In this document: positions 26,450 through 36,537 of the stretch, piece after piece | Numbering within the stretch: position 1 is the first letter of the stretch | Layout: every line of letters starts with the position of its first letter | Assembly: GCA_964534445.1 (NCBI GenBank) | Contig: CAZHOE010000001.1 | Location: 550,493 to 614,492, forward strand | Source: an uncultured Micavibrio sp. | GTDB taxonomy: Bacteria > Pseudomonadota > Alphaproteobacteria > Micavibrionales > UBA2020 | Reading direction: 5' to 3' | Length of the DNA stretch: 64,000 nt | The notes under the pieces: model-generated | The model's database searches: none | Told to the model about the DNA's origin: nothing | The model's input: the letters and a program-made list of their open reading frames with translations, nothing else | Translations under genes and position numbers: made by a program

Positions 26450-28435
26450 CTAGAATTTCGCTTTAAGCGAAAGAAAGACCTGACGTTCCCTTTTGGGGCC
26501 GGAGGTTTCTGTCGCCTCGCTATGGTTTAGTTCCTGACCCGAGAGGGCAACGGTGATATTATCCGTTACCCTGTAGCCAACACGGCCGCTCATGCTGACA
26601 TGTCCGCCAGCCTTGACTTCGTTATAGCTACCGGCGCCGTTATCGATCAACACCTTATAGTGAGAGACGTATTGCGCGAAAAGATCGGTTTCCCAGCGGT
26701 CTTTCGTGTAGCCCACATGCGCCTTGATCATATGCGTAGGCGTTGCATCCGCACCGTTATACGGAACAGTGATGACGCCACCATTGACAGTAAGATCGTC
26801 ACGCGCGCTCTGGAGCGTATAACTGGTATCCCAGTTCCAGTTAGACCCCACGCGCCCTTCTAGCCCCGCTTCAAGACCGACAGTACGTGTCGTGCCAATA
26901 TTATCCGCCTGCGCCACGACGCCCGTAACAAGGGCACCGAGGCCCTGTATGTCCTTTGTTTCCTGATAGAACAGACTGCTGCGGAACAAACCGTTCAACG
27001 GGGCAATTTTACGGTCATACATAACTTCATAGTTATTGACGATGCTGGCTTCAAGTTCAGGGTTACCCAAAGATATATCCGGTCCGAGAGCGAGATCGAT
27101 ACCGAAGTTCAACAAGGATGGTGCCTGAATACCGCGTGATGCCGTCAGGCGTAGCGTATCCGCATCGCTGACGTTCCAGACCAGACCGCTATTATAACTG
27201 AACTCCGTCAAATTCTGATCAAAAGCAGCGTTTGATGTAATAACAGGGTTGACAATTAAAGCGCCAGTGCGCCCTAACCGTAAATGATCCAGCCGCAATG
27301 CGTTTGACCATGCAAGATTATCGCGCATTTTCCAGTGCCACATGCCGCTAGCGGCATAGACATCGTATGCAATTTCCGAACCGGGAGACTGAAGCGTCCC
27401 CCAAAGGGCATTGTGACGGTATTCTGCCTGCAGGCGGAAATTATGATCGGTGCCGATCTGGAAGAGATCCTCTATCTGCGCGACCGTGACTTCATTCTTA
27501 GCGACCACATTAAAGAGACCCGCTGCAAAAAGTTTTTGCCAATTGCGGTAAACGTTCGCCTGTATCATGCCTAACGAGGTGTTCATTGTATAAAGGGCGC
27601 GAGCGGAATATGTATCATACAGTGTATCGAAAGGTGTATAGACAGGGCTATACTCAATCGCTTCAGCCTTGGTCTCGCTCACTTCAATACGCAACTGGGA
27701 GTCCGGCGTAAACTGGATGACGCTGTCGATAGACAAAGCTCGGCCACGCGCATCGTCAAAAGGCCCGACGCCTGCGGGAGCTGTGAATTCATCGCTCGCG
27801 CTACTGCCAGCGGAGATTCTGAGTCCCGCCTTCTCTCCGATTTTTTCTGTATGCACCAGATGACCGTCTCGATACTTTCCGGAACCGACTGTAACGCCTA
27901 CACTGGAGATATCATCGTAAATCGGGTTGTAAGTTATGATATTAACAACACCGCCTACCGCGTTAAAACCGAAAAGCGCCGAATTGGGGCCCTTCACAAT
28001 TTCAATCTGGCGTATTTCCTCCAGCTGGATCGGAATATTTTCCCAAAGCGTATTGCCGTACATATCAGAGTACACTTGTCGTCCATTCACCAGGACAAGA
28101 AGGCGCGGCGAAAAGGACTGGTTATAACCGCGGACACTGACATCTTTTGCCTTGCGCGACCATTGCCAGACAGACAGGCCCGAACTGTTTCTGAGAACAC
28201 CGGGGATGTCTACGGCACCCGAGCGGCGGATTTCTTCTGCCGTAATAATATCCATCGCCACAGGCACGTCAGATGCGCGCTGCGGCTGACCTGTTGCGCT
28301 TGTGGTAACGGGCTCTTCGAAAAGTGCCTCAAGCGAGGCATAATCGATCATTTGTGCTTGCGCAGGTGCACTATAAATTAAAAATGCAAGCAAACCGTAA
28401 GCTGTTGCACGACAAGCCTGTGAACTGAAATTCAT
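26450..28435 (-). CDS. TonB-dependent outer-membrane receptor
   Basis: 661 aa with a signal peptide ending AQA. The plug motifs are VPVAMDIITAEEIRRSGAVDIPGVLRN and VSVRGY. It has a long beta-barrel with alternating pattern and a terminal aromatic residue (LKAKF). Confidence 0.85.
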   Translation of the reverse strand: MNFSSQACRATAYGLLAFLIYSAPAQAQMIDYASLEALFEEPVTTSATGQPQRASDVPVAMDIITAEEIRRSGAVDIPGVLRNSSGLSVWQWSRKAKDVSVRGYNQSFSPRLLVLVNGRQVYSDMYGNTLWENIPIQLEEIRQIEIVKGPNSALFGFNAVGGVVNIITYNPIYDDISSVGVTVGSGKYRDGHLVHTEKIGEKAGLRISAGSSASDEFTAPAGVGPFDDARGRALSIDSVIQFTPDSQLRIEVSETKAEAIEYSPVYTPFDTLYDTYSARALYTMNTSLGMIQANVYRNWQKLFAAGLFNVVAKNEVTVAQIEDLFQIGTDHNFRLQAEYRHNALWGTLQSPGSEIAYDVYAASGMWHWKMRDNLAWSNALRLDHLRLGRTGALIVNPVITSNAAFDQNLTEFSYNSGLVWNVSDADTLRLTASRGIQAPSLLNFGIDLALGPDISLGNPELEASIVNNYEVMYDRKIAPLNGLFRSSLFYQETKDIQGLGALVTGVVAQADNIGTTRTVGLEAGLEGRVGSNWNWDTSYTLQSARDDLTVNGGVITVPYNGADATPTHMIKAHVGYTKDRWETDLFAQYVSHYKVLIDNGAGSYNEVKAGGHVSMSGRVGYRVTDNITVALSGQELNHSEATETSGPKRERQVFLSLKAKF

Positions 28436-28703
28436 TTTTTATGTTTCCAACTTCATCATATGAGCAAAGGGTTTCCTTAGATAAACACCCTCTGATCGCG
28501 GAACAATAACACTCAGCAGGCTAGCAGAACGATCCTCTATTTCCAATCAACGATACAGGGTGTCGCACTCTTTTATTCTTTATCTATCGTTCTCGAAAAA
28601 AAAATCACAGTTTTAACTACTATATAGACTAATGTTTTTTTGCTAGCATTCATGAAAGCTGCAGGAGCCCCCATTAAGCGCGCAAAGAAAGCTGGCCGTC
28701 ATA

Positions 28704-29246
28704 GTGAAGTATGTTTCGAAAATATGTTCAAACACTGCCTTTTTGCTGTGTTGCATACTTGCATTGCAAATGTCTGTATCACGGGCCGTATACGCGGATG
28801 TGGCCCTTAAAGACGTTCAGACGCTGATAAGAACAATCGGCTTTTTAGAAAACCGCGCTACCGGTCAGGTCGTCATGGCGATCGTTTATGATCCTGATAG
28901 CAGCGCCTCGCTTCAGGAAGCCGAGCAGATGCAACAGCAGCTTATCAAGAGCAAAAGCGATCTATCTCCACGCATGGTGCCCGTTACCGATCTGGGGCAA
29001 CTAAAAAATGCGCAATACGCTTTTGTGACCGACGGGTTAGAAAAACATTACAGACGTATTGATACGTTTTTTCGCGCAAATAAAATCCTGAGCTTCACCC
29101 TGCAGCGCGGTTGCATCGAGAATAATTGTTGCGCTGTCTATATCAATGCAAAAAACAGAGTTGAAATTATTGTTAATAAAAGCGTGACCGATGCGGTGCA
29201 GGCAAGCTTTAAACCCGTTTTCCTAATGATGATTACAGTGATATGA
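28704..29246 (+). CDS. Periplasmic YfiR-like (DUF4154) protein
   Basis: 180 aa with a GTG start and the signal peptide ...ALQMSVSRAVYA. The size and pattern (IRTIGFLE...VVMAIVYDP..., ILSFT..., C-terminal ...VEIIVN...) fit my recollection of DUF4154. Its stop overlaps the kinase start (ATGA, 29243-29246). Confidence 0.5.
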   Translation: MKYVSKICSNTAFLLCCILALQMSVSRAVYADVALKDVQTLIRTIGFLENRATGQVVMAIVYDPDSSASLQEAEQMQQQLIKSKSDLSPRMVPVTDLGQLKNAQYAFVTDGLEKHYRRIDTFFRANKILSFTLQRGCIENNCCAVYINAKNRVEIIVNKSVTDAVQASFKPVFLMMITVI

Positions 29247-31537
29247 GAAAACCAATTTTTAAACTCGGCATAAAAACCAAAATATTTTTACCCCTTTTTC
29301 TGCTTATGGCTGGTGTCGGGCTATATTTTTATCTAGTCTGGGTGCCAAAATCCGTTTCTTTTTCCGTGGGGGAATCCCTGAAACTACTGCATCATACGCT
29401 GGAGATTGTCGAAATCCAGATTACGCAGGATATCGCAAAAGGAGACTTGGATACGGTACGCCAAAACCTAGATTTGTTATTGTTAAAAAACCCGTCGTGG
29501 CAGCGGCTTGTTTTGAAAGATGCAAACGGCGTCATCCTCTATCCTGAAGGAGAGGAGATCCTGCCATCCACCCGGCAAGATCTCAAAGCCGTTTCCCTGC
29601 AGATGGCAACCTACGGAAAAAATATTGGCAGCCTCACTCTGGAATACGACTTTTCCGAGACCTCAAAAGAAATTCGTCGTGATGCTTTGCGTTTATTTGC
29701 CTTTCTGATCGGCGCTTTGTTTCTCTTTATTGCCACGGCCACAATTATTATTCAGCTCTTTGTCATCAAACCCGCACGGTTGCTGGCCAAAGCTGCGGAG
29801 CATTTCACAAGTGGTGACACCGCAGGAGAAAATGATATCCATCATCTACCTCCCGTCACAAGCGACGAGATCGGCACACTGACCCAAAGCTTTACTGCCA
29901 TGCGGAAAGCAATTGCACTGCAACGGCTCAACCTGGTAAGCCAGAACAAGGAGCTGGAAGCGGCCAGGGATCTGGCCGAAAGATCCAACCGCGCCAAAAG
30001 CGAATTTCTGGCCAATATGTCGCACGAACTGCGTACCCCGCTGAACAGTATCATGGGCCTATCCCGCATGATATCCGAAGAACCGTCAACAGACCAAGAC
30101 ACCGCCCACATGGCCACCACAGTCAATAAAGCGGCTATCACGTTGCTGGACATTGTGAATGACATTTTGGATATCTCCAAAATCGAAGCGGGCGGCATGG
30201 TGCTGGAAAAAATCGGATTTGATATAAAGGAAATCATATCCAGCATTGTTGAAACAATGGCACCGATCGCGAGCGGCAAAGGCGTTTCACTTAAATACCA
30301 TTATGAGACGGAGGATATTCCATTCGTACTCGGCGACCCCCTCCGTTTCAGCCGGATTGTAACCAATCTTGTCAGCAACGCGATTAAATACACCGAAACA
30401 GGCGAGGTCAACATATCGGTTGCCGCAGACCCGATCGAGGGAACGGACAACAGCCAAATCGAATTCTATTGCACGGTAGAAGATACCGGTATCGGCATTC
30501 CGCAAGATAAACTGCATTCCATTTTCGACAAGTTCACACAGGTGGACGAGACGATCACGCGCAGATTCGGCGGTACCGGCCTTGGTCTGGCGATTACGCA
30601 GGACCTCGTCAAAATGATGCACGGCACTATCGGCATCGACAGCGTGGTCGGGCAAGGATCCCTCGCCTGGTTCAAAATTCCCTTTATCGTTACAGATGAG
30701 ATCGACAAAGATATGCGCCGTGGACGCCGCGCCCAAAGACAGAAAGTCGTGTCGGCTGACCATCTGATACCCGCGGAACAGGCTCGCTTGCTTGTGGCTG
30801 AAGATCATCAGCTCAATCAAGATTTTATTAAACGACTGTTAAAGCGCATGGATCTGCAAAACTACCTGATTGTCGAAACGGGCGCCGATGCCGTAGACAA
30901 ATGGCGAGATGGCAATTTTAGCCTGATCCTGATGGACTGCCATATGCCGGAAAAGAATGGCTATGAAGCGACCCGTGATATCCGTGCCGCAGAAAGCGGG
31001 ACAGGCAAGCGTATTCCGATCATTGCGCTAACGGCAGATGCCATGAAAGGAACACAAGAAAAGTGTATCGATGCAGGCATGGACGAATATATCACAAAGC
31101 CTATTGACGCCGATGACCTGCGCGATGCCCTTTCGCAATGGATACTGTTTCCGGACACGACGGTATCTGCGCCGGCACAGCCGCAGGGTATCGTTGAGCC
31201 CGTCGACACCCCCGCAGATCTATCCTTGCTGTCAGATTACGCAGAGACACCTGAGGAAATGGAACAATTCTTACAAACTTTTACCACTGTCAGCACCGAA
31301 TGCCTGGAACTCCTGACCGCGCACTGTATCGATGGCATTTGCACACCTTGGGTAGAAGCTGCGCATAAATTCAAAGGGGGCGCCGGTATTGTCGGCGCGA
31401 AAAAACTACAGGCACTCTGCGCACAGGCGCAAGATATGGAAGAAGCCTCTATCAAGGACAGAGAGAATATCCTGAAAAAAATAAAAAATGAATACGACAT
31501 TGTAAAAAAATATTGCGAGCAAGAAATCGCAAACTAA
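29243..31537 (+). CDS. Hybrid sensor histidine kinase: TM-periplasmic loop-TM-HAMP-HisKA-HATPase-REC-HPt
   Basis: 764 aa with two TM helices flanking a loop of about 130 aa. The HAMP segment reads SDEIGTLTQSFTAM and the H-box is [10 protein letters not shown]. The receiver carries [12 protein letters not shown]. The C-terminal HPt domain contains AAHKFKGGAGIVGAKKL. Confidence 0.85.
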   Translation: MRKPIFKLGIKTKIFLPLFLLMAGVGLYFYLVWVPKSVSFSVGESLKLLHHTLEIVEIQITQDIAKGDLDTVRQNLDLLLLKNPSWQRLVLKDANGVILYPEGEEILPSTRQDLKAVSLQMATYGKNIGSLTLEYDFSETSKEIRRDALRLFAFLIGALFLFIATATIIIQLFVIKPARLLAKAAEHFTSGDTAGENDIHHLPPVTSDEIGTLTQSFTAMRKAIALQRLNLVSQNKELEAARDLAERSNRAKSEFLANMSHELRTPLNSIMGLSRMISEEPSTDQDTAHMATTVNKAAITLLDIVNDILDISKIEAGGMVLEKIGFDIKEIISSIVETMAPIASGKGVSLKYHYETEDIPFVLGDPLRFSRIVTNLVSNAIKYTETGEVNISVAADPIEGTDNSQIEFYCTVEDTGIGIPQDKLHSIFDKFTQVDETITRRFGGTGLGLAITQDLVKMMHGTIGIDSVVGQGSLAWFKIPFIVTDEIDKDMRRGRRAQRQKVVSADHLIPAEQARLLVAEDHQLNQDFIKRLLKRMDLQNYLIVETGADAVDKWRDGNFSLILMDCHMPEKNGYEATRDIRAAESGTGKRIPIIALTADAMKGTQEKCIDAGMDEYITKPIDADDLRDALSQWILFPDTTVSAPAQPQGIVEPVDTPADLSLLSDYAETPEEMEQFLQTFTTVSTECLELLTAHCIDGICTPWVEAAHKFKGGAGIVGAKKLQALCAQAQDMEEASIKDRENILKKIKNEYDIVKKYCEQEIAN

Positions 31538-31965
31538 TAATCATATGCTCTCCTTCAATAACCTTAAGATGAGCATTCAATCGCCCTTTCTACTGTTAAT
31601 TGAATACACTTATGCGGTATCAGAACGTTTTACACTAGCTGAGTAGACCATAGGAAAGCGGTTACAACGAGAGATTTTCGCGGGCTGGTTTTGCGTGATA
31701 AACCCTTAAAGGGATAAACTTTCTGCACGCTTAGAGAAGCTAAGGCCTATTCTGAAAGAATAGCGGCATAACTTACACAACCGCTTCCCATCCGCACATC
31801 ATCAGCCTTGGGTATATATATCCTCTTAATTACTTATAATCCTCGTAATGCGGCCTTATAATGTTCTCAAAAGCAAAAGGCTTCTCAAGAGTGCTTTGGG
31901 CACCCAACTCTCTGGCAGAGTCAAGAAAGCTGCCGTTCTTTCCTATCTATGATGCAACACATCTC

Positions 31966-32394
31966 TTAAATCGGCAGAAGTGCCGTTTCAAGCCAATAAT
32001 CACCAATACATCTGATCGTTTGGGTCAAGCCTTCGTAATCTAGCGGTTTTTGGATATAAGAATTGGCGCCTGCCTGATAGCAGGCTTTAACATCGCGCTC
32101 GCTGGCAGAGGTCGTGAGGATGATAACGGGGATGTGTTGCAAACCGGCATCTTGCTTGATGTGTTGCAGAATTTTGCGGCCATCAAGACCCGGCATATTA
32201 AGATCGAGAAAGATCAATACCGGTAACGCGCCTGATTTTCCTTCTTCCAAATAGGCCAGTGCCTGCTGGCCTGTACGACACCAGATAATAGGATATTTCA
32301 AGCCTACTTTCTGGCTGGCGCGTAGGATGGCTTCGTAATCATCTTCACTGTCTTCTACCAGAAGGATAGATTTTATATAGAGGGGCTCAGTCAT
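31966..32394 (-). CDS. Single-domain response regulator (Rcp1/CheY-like)
   Basis: 142 aa: LLVEDSEDD, IFLDLNMPGLDG, ILTTS, QKP, with the C-terminal tail DYWLETALLPI. Its start overlaps the upstream kinase stop. Confidence 0.85.
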   Translation of the reverse strand: MTEPLYIKSILLVEDSEDDYEAILRASQKVGLKYPIIWCRTGQQALAYLEEGKSGALPVLIFLDLNMPGLDGRKILQHIKQDAGLQHIPVIILTTSASERDVKACYQAGANSYIQKPLDYEGLTQTIRCIGDYWLETALLPI

Positions 32395-34706
32395 AGAATG
32401 TTTTTCTCCAGCGTAAAGTAAAAAGTCGCTCCCTGATCAAGTGCGGATTCCACCCAGATCTCGCCTCCATGTCGCTCGACGATTTTCTTGACGAATGTCA
32501 GGCCGGCGCCTGTCCCTTCTTCTTGTTCTCCCGTGGTGCTTTGCAGACGCCGGAAGATGCGGAATATTTCTTCGTGGAATTGAGGATCGATGCCTCGACC
32601 ATTATCCTTCACGTAGAAAACATTCCGCCGCTGTTTCCCGTTCACCTTGACATGGTTATCAAGAAATCCGATCTCGACCGTTTTTTCCTTCGTCTCCGTG
32701 TATTTTACCGCGTTGGTGATCAGATTGCGAAAGACTTCGGCAACACGCGGCTTGTCACAGCGGATCGTCGGCAGAGGGCCTGCAACGATAATCCTGGCAT
32801 TGTTCTCTTTCAGGAAAACGTCAATGGTGCTTTCAATGTCGCGGACCACGTCATTTATATCGGTAAGCTGTACAGCAAGCGCCTGGCGCCCCAGCCTTGA
32901 AAAATACAATAAATCATTGACGAGTTTTTCCATGCGTTGACTGAGATAAATAAGACGGTGCAGACGGTTCGTACTTTCCTGATCAAGTTTGCCTTCGTTG
33001 TCTTCCATCAGGAAACGCGCATGATTGTGGATACCGCGTAGCGGTTCCTTTAGATCGTGGGAGGCTATATGAGCAAAATCGTCTAGTTCTCTATTGCTGC
33101 GCTCGAGATCCTGTGTGTAGCGCATAATGGATTCTTCTGCCTTTTTTCGATCCGTGATGTCGCGAATGATACCGGAGAAATATTGTTTCCCCTCTACCTG
33201 AAAAGCACTGATCGACAAATCCATCGGGAAGATGCTGCCATCCTTTCTCTTTGCCAGGAGCTCCCGTCCGGCTGTACCGATAATTTTACCTTCCTTGGTT
33301 TCCGTATAGCGTGCGATGTAGCCATCATGCTGACTGTGGTATGGTTCAGGCATTAATATTTTTATGTTCTTTCCACGCACTTCTTCCGCCTTATATCCAA
33401 AAATGCGTTCGCAGGCAGGATTGAAGGTATGGATAAACCCGTGGGCGTTGATGGTGATAATACCATCCACCGTATGCTCGACCACCGCTCTTAGCTTTGC
33501 TTCGCTCGCCTGTAATCTGGACTCCGCCTGCTTGCGCTCCGTGATGTCCCGGACAAAAGCCGTAAATTGGTAATCGCGGTTCAGCTTCTGGGCGGAAATG
33601 CTCAGTTCGATAGGAATGGTTTCCTGACGGTTGTTGAGTCCTTCCACTTCGATGCGTCTATTCAGTAGCGGCCCCGTGCCACTGGTCAGGAAACGCTGCA
33701 TGCCTTGCCTGTGCGCTTCCCGGTAAGCTGGAGGAATAATGAGGTCCGCCAGCTCGTTTCCCATCGCGTCCTGTCGCGACCAACCGAAGATCTGTTCTGC
33801 CTGTTTGTTCCATTCAGTCACATTGCCTTGCGAATCCATTGAGATGATTGCATCCAGTGCGCCCTCGATAATTGTGCGCAGTTTGTTCTCGCTCATAAAC
33901 AGCGCCTTCTCCGCTTGGGCTCTTCTATAAGCGCCCAGCGACAAGGCGAGGCCAAGAATGATTGCCGTGAAGGCTGCCACGGCGATTGCCAGCATGTTGA
34001 AATCCTGCTGCTGGTCATAGCGGCAGTCTGCATACGGCATAAACACGGCAGCGAACATACCTGTATAATGCATGCCGCAAATCGCCGCCCCCATGATAAG
34101 AGCGGCGGCGATCTGATACAGGCTCCGGTATTTTCTATCGCTGCGGGCAAACTTGAACGCCATCCATATCGCAGCGGCAGAGGCGATAATCGCGATCCCT
34201 ACGGAAAGCAGGAAAATATCTGGTAAGTAGCGTAGATCGGCATCCATTTGCATCGCCGCCATACCTGTGTAATGCATGCCGCAAATGCCAAACCCCATCA
34301 CCACGGCCGCAACTAGCAAGGGGCGAAGGGACAGGTTCTTGCGGGCGGCGATCGACAGCGCAATGTAGGCTACGGAAATGGCAATCAGTAAGGAAAGGAC
34401 CGTCAACGACGGATCATAGGTAATCACCATACGCATTTTATAGGACAGCATACCGATAAAATGCATGGACCAGATACCGGCCCCCATCGCGAAAGCGCCG
34501 CCCCAGTGCAAAAGACGGCGTTCCTGCGCCGAAGTGGCAACGGACAGTTGCTGTGTCAAAGACAATGCCGTATAGGCAGCAAAACTGGCTACAATGTAGG
34601 AAAGCACCACGAGCGAGGGCTGATATGTCCCTGTTTCGATGTTGGTAGGCAAGGCACTGGCGATAAAAAAGGATTCAAACAAGGAAAGACCTATTCCCTT
34701 CCGCAT
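32391..34706 (-). CDS. MHYT-domain sensor histidine kinase (MHYT x3 - PAS - PAS - HisKA - HATPase)
   Basis: 771 aa. The N-terminal membrane region carries WSMHFIGM, CGMHYTGM and CGMHYTGM in alternate helices. Two PAS-like segments follow. The H-box is ASHDLKEPLRGI, then the HATPase boxes. Confidence 0.85.
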   Translation of the reverse strand: MRKGIGLSLFESFFIASALPTNIETGTYQPSLVVLSYIVASFAAYTALSLTQQLSVATSAQERRLLHWGGAFAMGAGIWSMHFIGMLSYKMRMVITYDPSLTVLSLLIAISVAYIALSIAARKNLSLRPLLVAAVVMGFGICGMHYTGMAAMQMDADLRYLPDIFLLSVGIAIIASAAAIWMAFKFARSDRKYRSLYQIAAALIMGAAICGMHYTGMFAAVFMPYADCRYDQQQDFNMLAIAVAAFTAIILGLALSLGAYRRAQAEKALFMSENKLRTIIEGALDAIISMDSQGNVTEWNKQAEQIFGWSRQDAMGNELADLIIPPAYREAHRQGMQRFLTSGTGPLLNRRIEVEGLNNRQETIPIELSISAQKLNRDYQFTAFVRDITERKQAESRLQASEAKLRAVVEHTVDGIITINAHGFIHTFNPACERIFGYKAEEVRGKNIKILMPEPYHSQHDGYIARYTETKEGKIIGTAGRELLAKRKDGSIFPMDLSISAFQVEGKQYFSGIIRDITDRKKAEESIMRYTQDLERSNRELDDFAHIASHDLKEPLRGIHNHARFLMEDNEGKLDQESTNRLHRLIYLSQRMEKLVNDLLYFSRLGRQALAVQLTDINDVVRDIESTIDVFLKENNARIIVAGPLPTIRCDKPRVAEVFRNLITNAVKYTETKEKTVEIGFLDNHVKVNGKQRRNVFYVKDNGRGIDPQFHEEIFRIFRRLQSTTGEQEEGTGAGLTFVKKIVERHGGEIWVESALDQGATFYFTLEKNIL

Positions 34707-34887
34707 GGTTGCTGAAGACCATTGTATGGTAAGCTATCAGTATGGATCAAGAAACTAAAAATAGTGGGTTTATGCAATATTATCTTATTCGGGTTATAAT
34801 AAGAAAATATTGATGCCTTGATAAGTACAGACTGCTGATGCAGCATTTTTATGAAAGTCTTTGTTTGGGAAATTTTGGTAAAAGCCT

Positions 34888-36018
34888 ATGGCAGCATTGC
34901 AGCATATTTCATCTGAACGACCGTTAAAAATTTTAATTGTCGAAGACAACCCCGAAGATCGGGAGGCCTATCAGCGCATCTTAAAAAGAAGCTTTGCCGA
35001 CATTGAAATTCTGGAAGCGGAGAGCGTACGGCAGGGTCTTGCCCTATCGGCAACAAACGATCCTGATTGCATCTTGCTCGATTACCAGCTGCCGGATGGA
35101 AATGGCATTGATTTCATCAGAATATACCTTGATACCACGTCCCCACGCGCCGCTATCATTATGGTGACGGGACAGGGCAGCGAAATGACAGCTGCCGAAG
35201 TCATGAAACTGGGCGCGTTGGACTACATCACTAAAAGCAGCATCATGGAAGGCTATTTTGTACAAAACGTCATGAACGCGATTGAAAGGGCTCACCTGAA
35301 GGAAATGGTGGAGAAGTACCAGCAAGAACTCGCGCTTTCGAATAAATCACTTTCTGAATTCACACATACAGTATCACATGATCTAAAAGCGCCGCTCCGC
35401 CATATTTCTTCCTATTGCGAGCTGTTGAATCAGGAATGTGCGGACAAACTTGGCCCTGATGGCAGGAAGTACGTTAGTAGGCTGATCGTCAATACTGCCC
35501 GGCTCCAGCGGCTCATCGACGACCTTCTGGCTTACTCCCTGACGTTGCATGCCGAGGCGAAAATGGCCCACGTCGACTGCGCAAAAATCCTGAGTGAAAT
35601 CACGGAAGATCTGGAAGAAGTGATCCGGGAAAATCAGGCAGTGATTACGGTTCAAAAGCTACCTACAATATGGGCTTGCCCTTTGCGTATTAAACAGGTT
35701 TTCCAAAACCTTATCGATAACTCCATCAAGTATCGCAGCGACCATCCTCCTCTCATTACAATTACATGCGAGGATCGCGGCTCAGATTATCTTTTTTCTG
35801 TTCGCGACAACGGTTGCGGCATAGAAGAAGAATATAGGCAAACGATTTTCGAAGCCTTTAAACGTCAGCACATGCAAGACGAAGTTGAGGGATCGGGCCT
35901 TGGCTTATCGATATGCCGGAAAGTAGTTGACATGCATAGCGGCAGAATATGGGTCGAACAAAATCCGGATGGCGGCTCTCTTTTCCGTTTCACGATTCCA
36001 AAACAGGCGCAGACGTAA
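34888..36018 (+). CDS. Receiver-histidine kinase fusion (REC-HisKA-HATPase)
   Basis: 376 aa: ILIVEDNPEDRE, ILLDYQLPDGNG, H-box VSHDLKAPLRHI, and the HATPase boxes NSIKY, DNGCGI and GSGLGL. Confidence 0.85.
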   Translation: MAALQHISSERPLKILIVEDNPEDREAYQRILKRSFADIEILEAESVRQGLALSATNDPDCILLDYQLPDGNGIDFIRIYLDTTSPRAAIIMVTGQGSEMTAAEVMKLGALDYITKSSIMEGYFVQNVMNAIERAHLKEMVEKYQQELALSNKSLSEFTHTVSHDLKAPLRHISSYCELLNQECADKLGPDGRKYVSRLIVNTARLQRLIDDLLAYSLTLHAEAKMAHVDCAKILSEITEDLEEVIRENQAVITVQKLPTIWACPLRIKQVFQNLIDNSIKYRSDHPPLITITCEDRGSDYLFSVRDNGCGIEEEYRQTIFEAFKRQHMQDEVEGSGLGLSICRKVVDMHSGRIWVEQNPDGGSLFRFTIPKQAQT

Positions 36019-36042
36019 ATAGGAACCGGAACGGCAACAGGC

Positions 36043-36531
36043 TCAGTTTTTAAAATCCGGCTTCACGCTGCCCTGCTCCTTTTCCTCTTCTTGCTGAAGC
36101 TGCAGAAAAAAAGATTCCAGCTTTTCCGATGTCATGGGCTTACGAAAGACACCATCTGCATCCAGTTCCATCGCCTGCTTGAAAGTATCAAAGGATAGCG
36201 CCCCCGTCAGCACAATCGTATGCGCGTCCTTCACCAAAAAAGAGTTCGACTTTATTTTTCCCAGCAACGTAAGCCCGTCCATTCTGGGCATATTCAAATC
36301 GATGATGATAAGAGCGGGAGAGCCTGTCTGCGAATACTGCGGGTGCTCTTCCATATAGGCAACAAAATCCATTGCATTAGAAAAACCGTATACGCCATGC
36401 ACCCATGGCGAGGTTTCCAGCACGCGTTGTGTGAAAAAGCGATCATCCTCATTGTCTTCCACAAGGAAAACATCATATGGGGGTTTTTCTGGCGCCTTAT
36501 CTTCCAGTAATTTTTCTTTCTGCCGTATCAT
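36043..36531 (-). CDS. Single-domain response regulator with acidic C-terminal tail
   Basis: 162 aa: FLVEDNEDD, IIIDLNMPRMDG, IVLTG, FRKP. Confidence 0.8.
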   Translation of the reverse strand: MIRQKEKLLEDKAPEKPPYDVFLVEDNEDDRFFTQRVLETSPWVHGVYGFSNAMDFVAYMEEHPQYSQTGSPALIIIDLNMPRMDGLTLLGKIKSNSFLVKDAHTIVLTGALSFDTFKQAMELDADGVFRKPMTSEKLESFFLQLQQEEEKEQGSVKPDFKN

Positions 36532-36537
36532 AAGCGC

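Noticed and set aside
28436-28703. Fur box or other iron-responsive operator in the spacer between the TonB-dependent receptor and the YfiR-like gene.
   Set aside because: No sequence close to the GATAATGATAATCATTATC consensus was seen, only generic AT-rich stretches.
31653-31789. Possible structured RNA in the 428-bp convergent spacer. It has an 11-nt outer inverted repeat with one mismatch (GGAAAGCGGTT / AACCGCTTCCC) enclosing small hairpins, including CTATTC-TGAAA-GAATAG.
   Set aside because: By rough estimate, about one such imperfect repeat is expected by chance in a region this size. I found no clear promoter or U-tract terminator on either strand and no resemblance to an RNA family I know.
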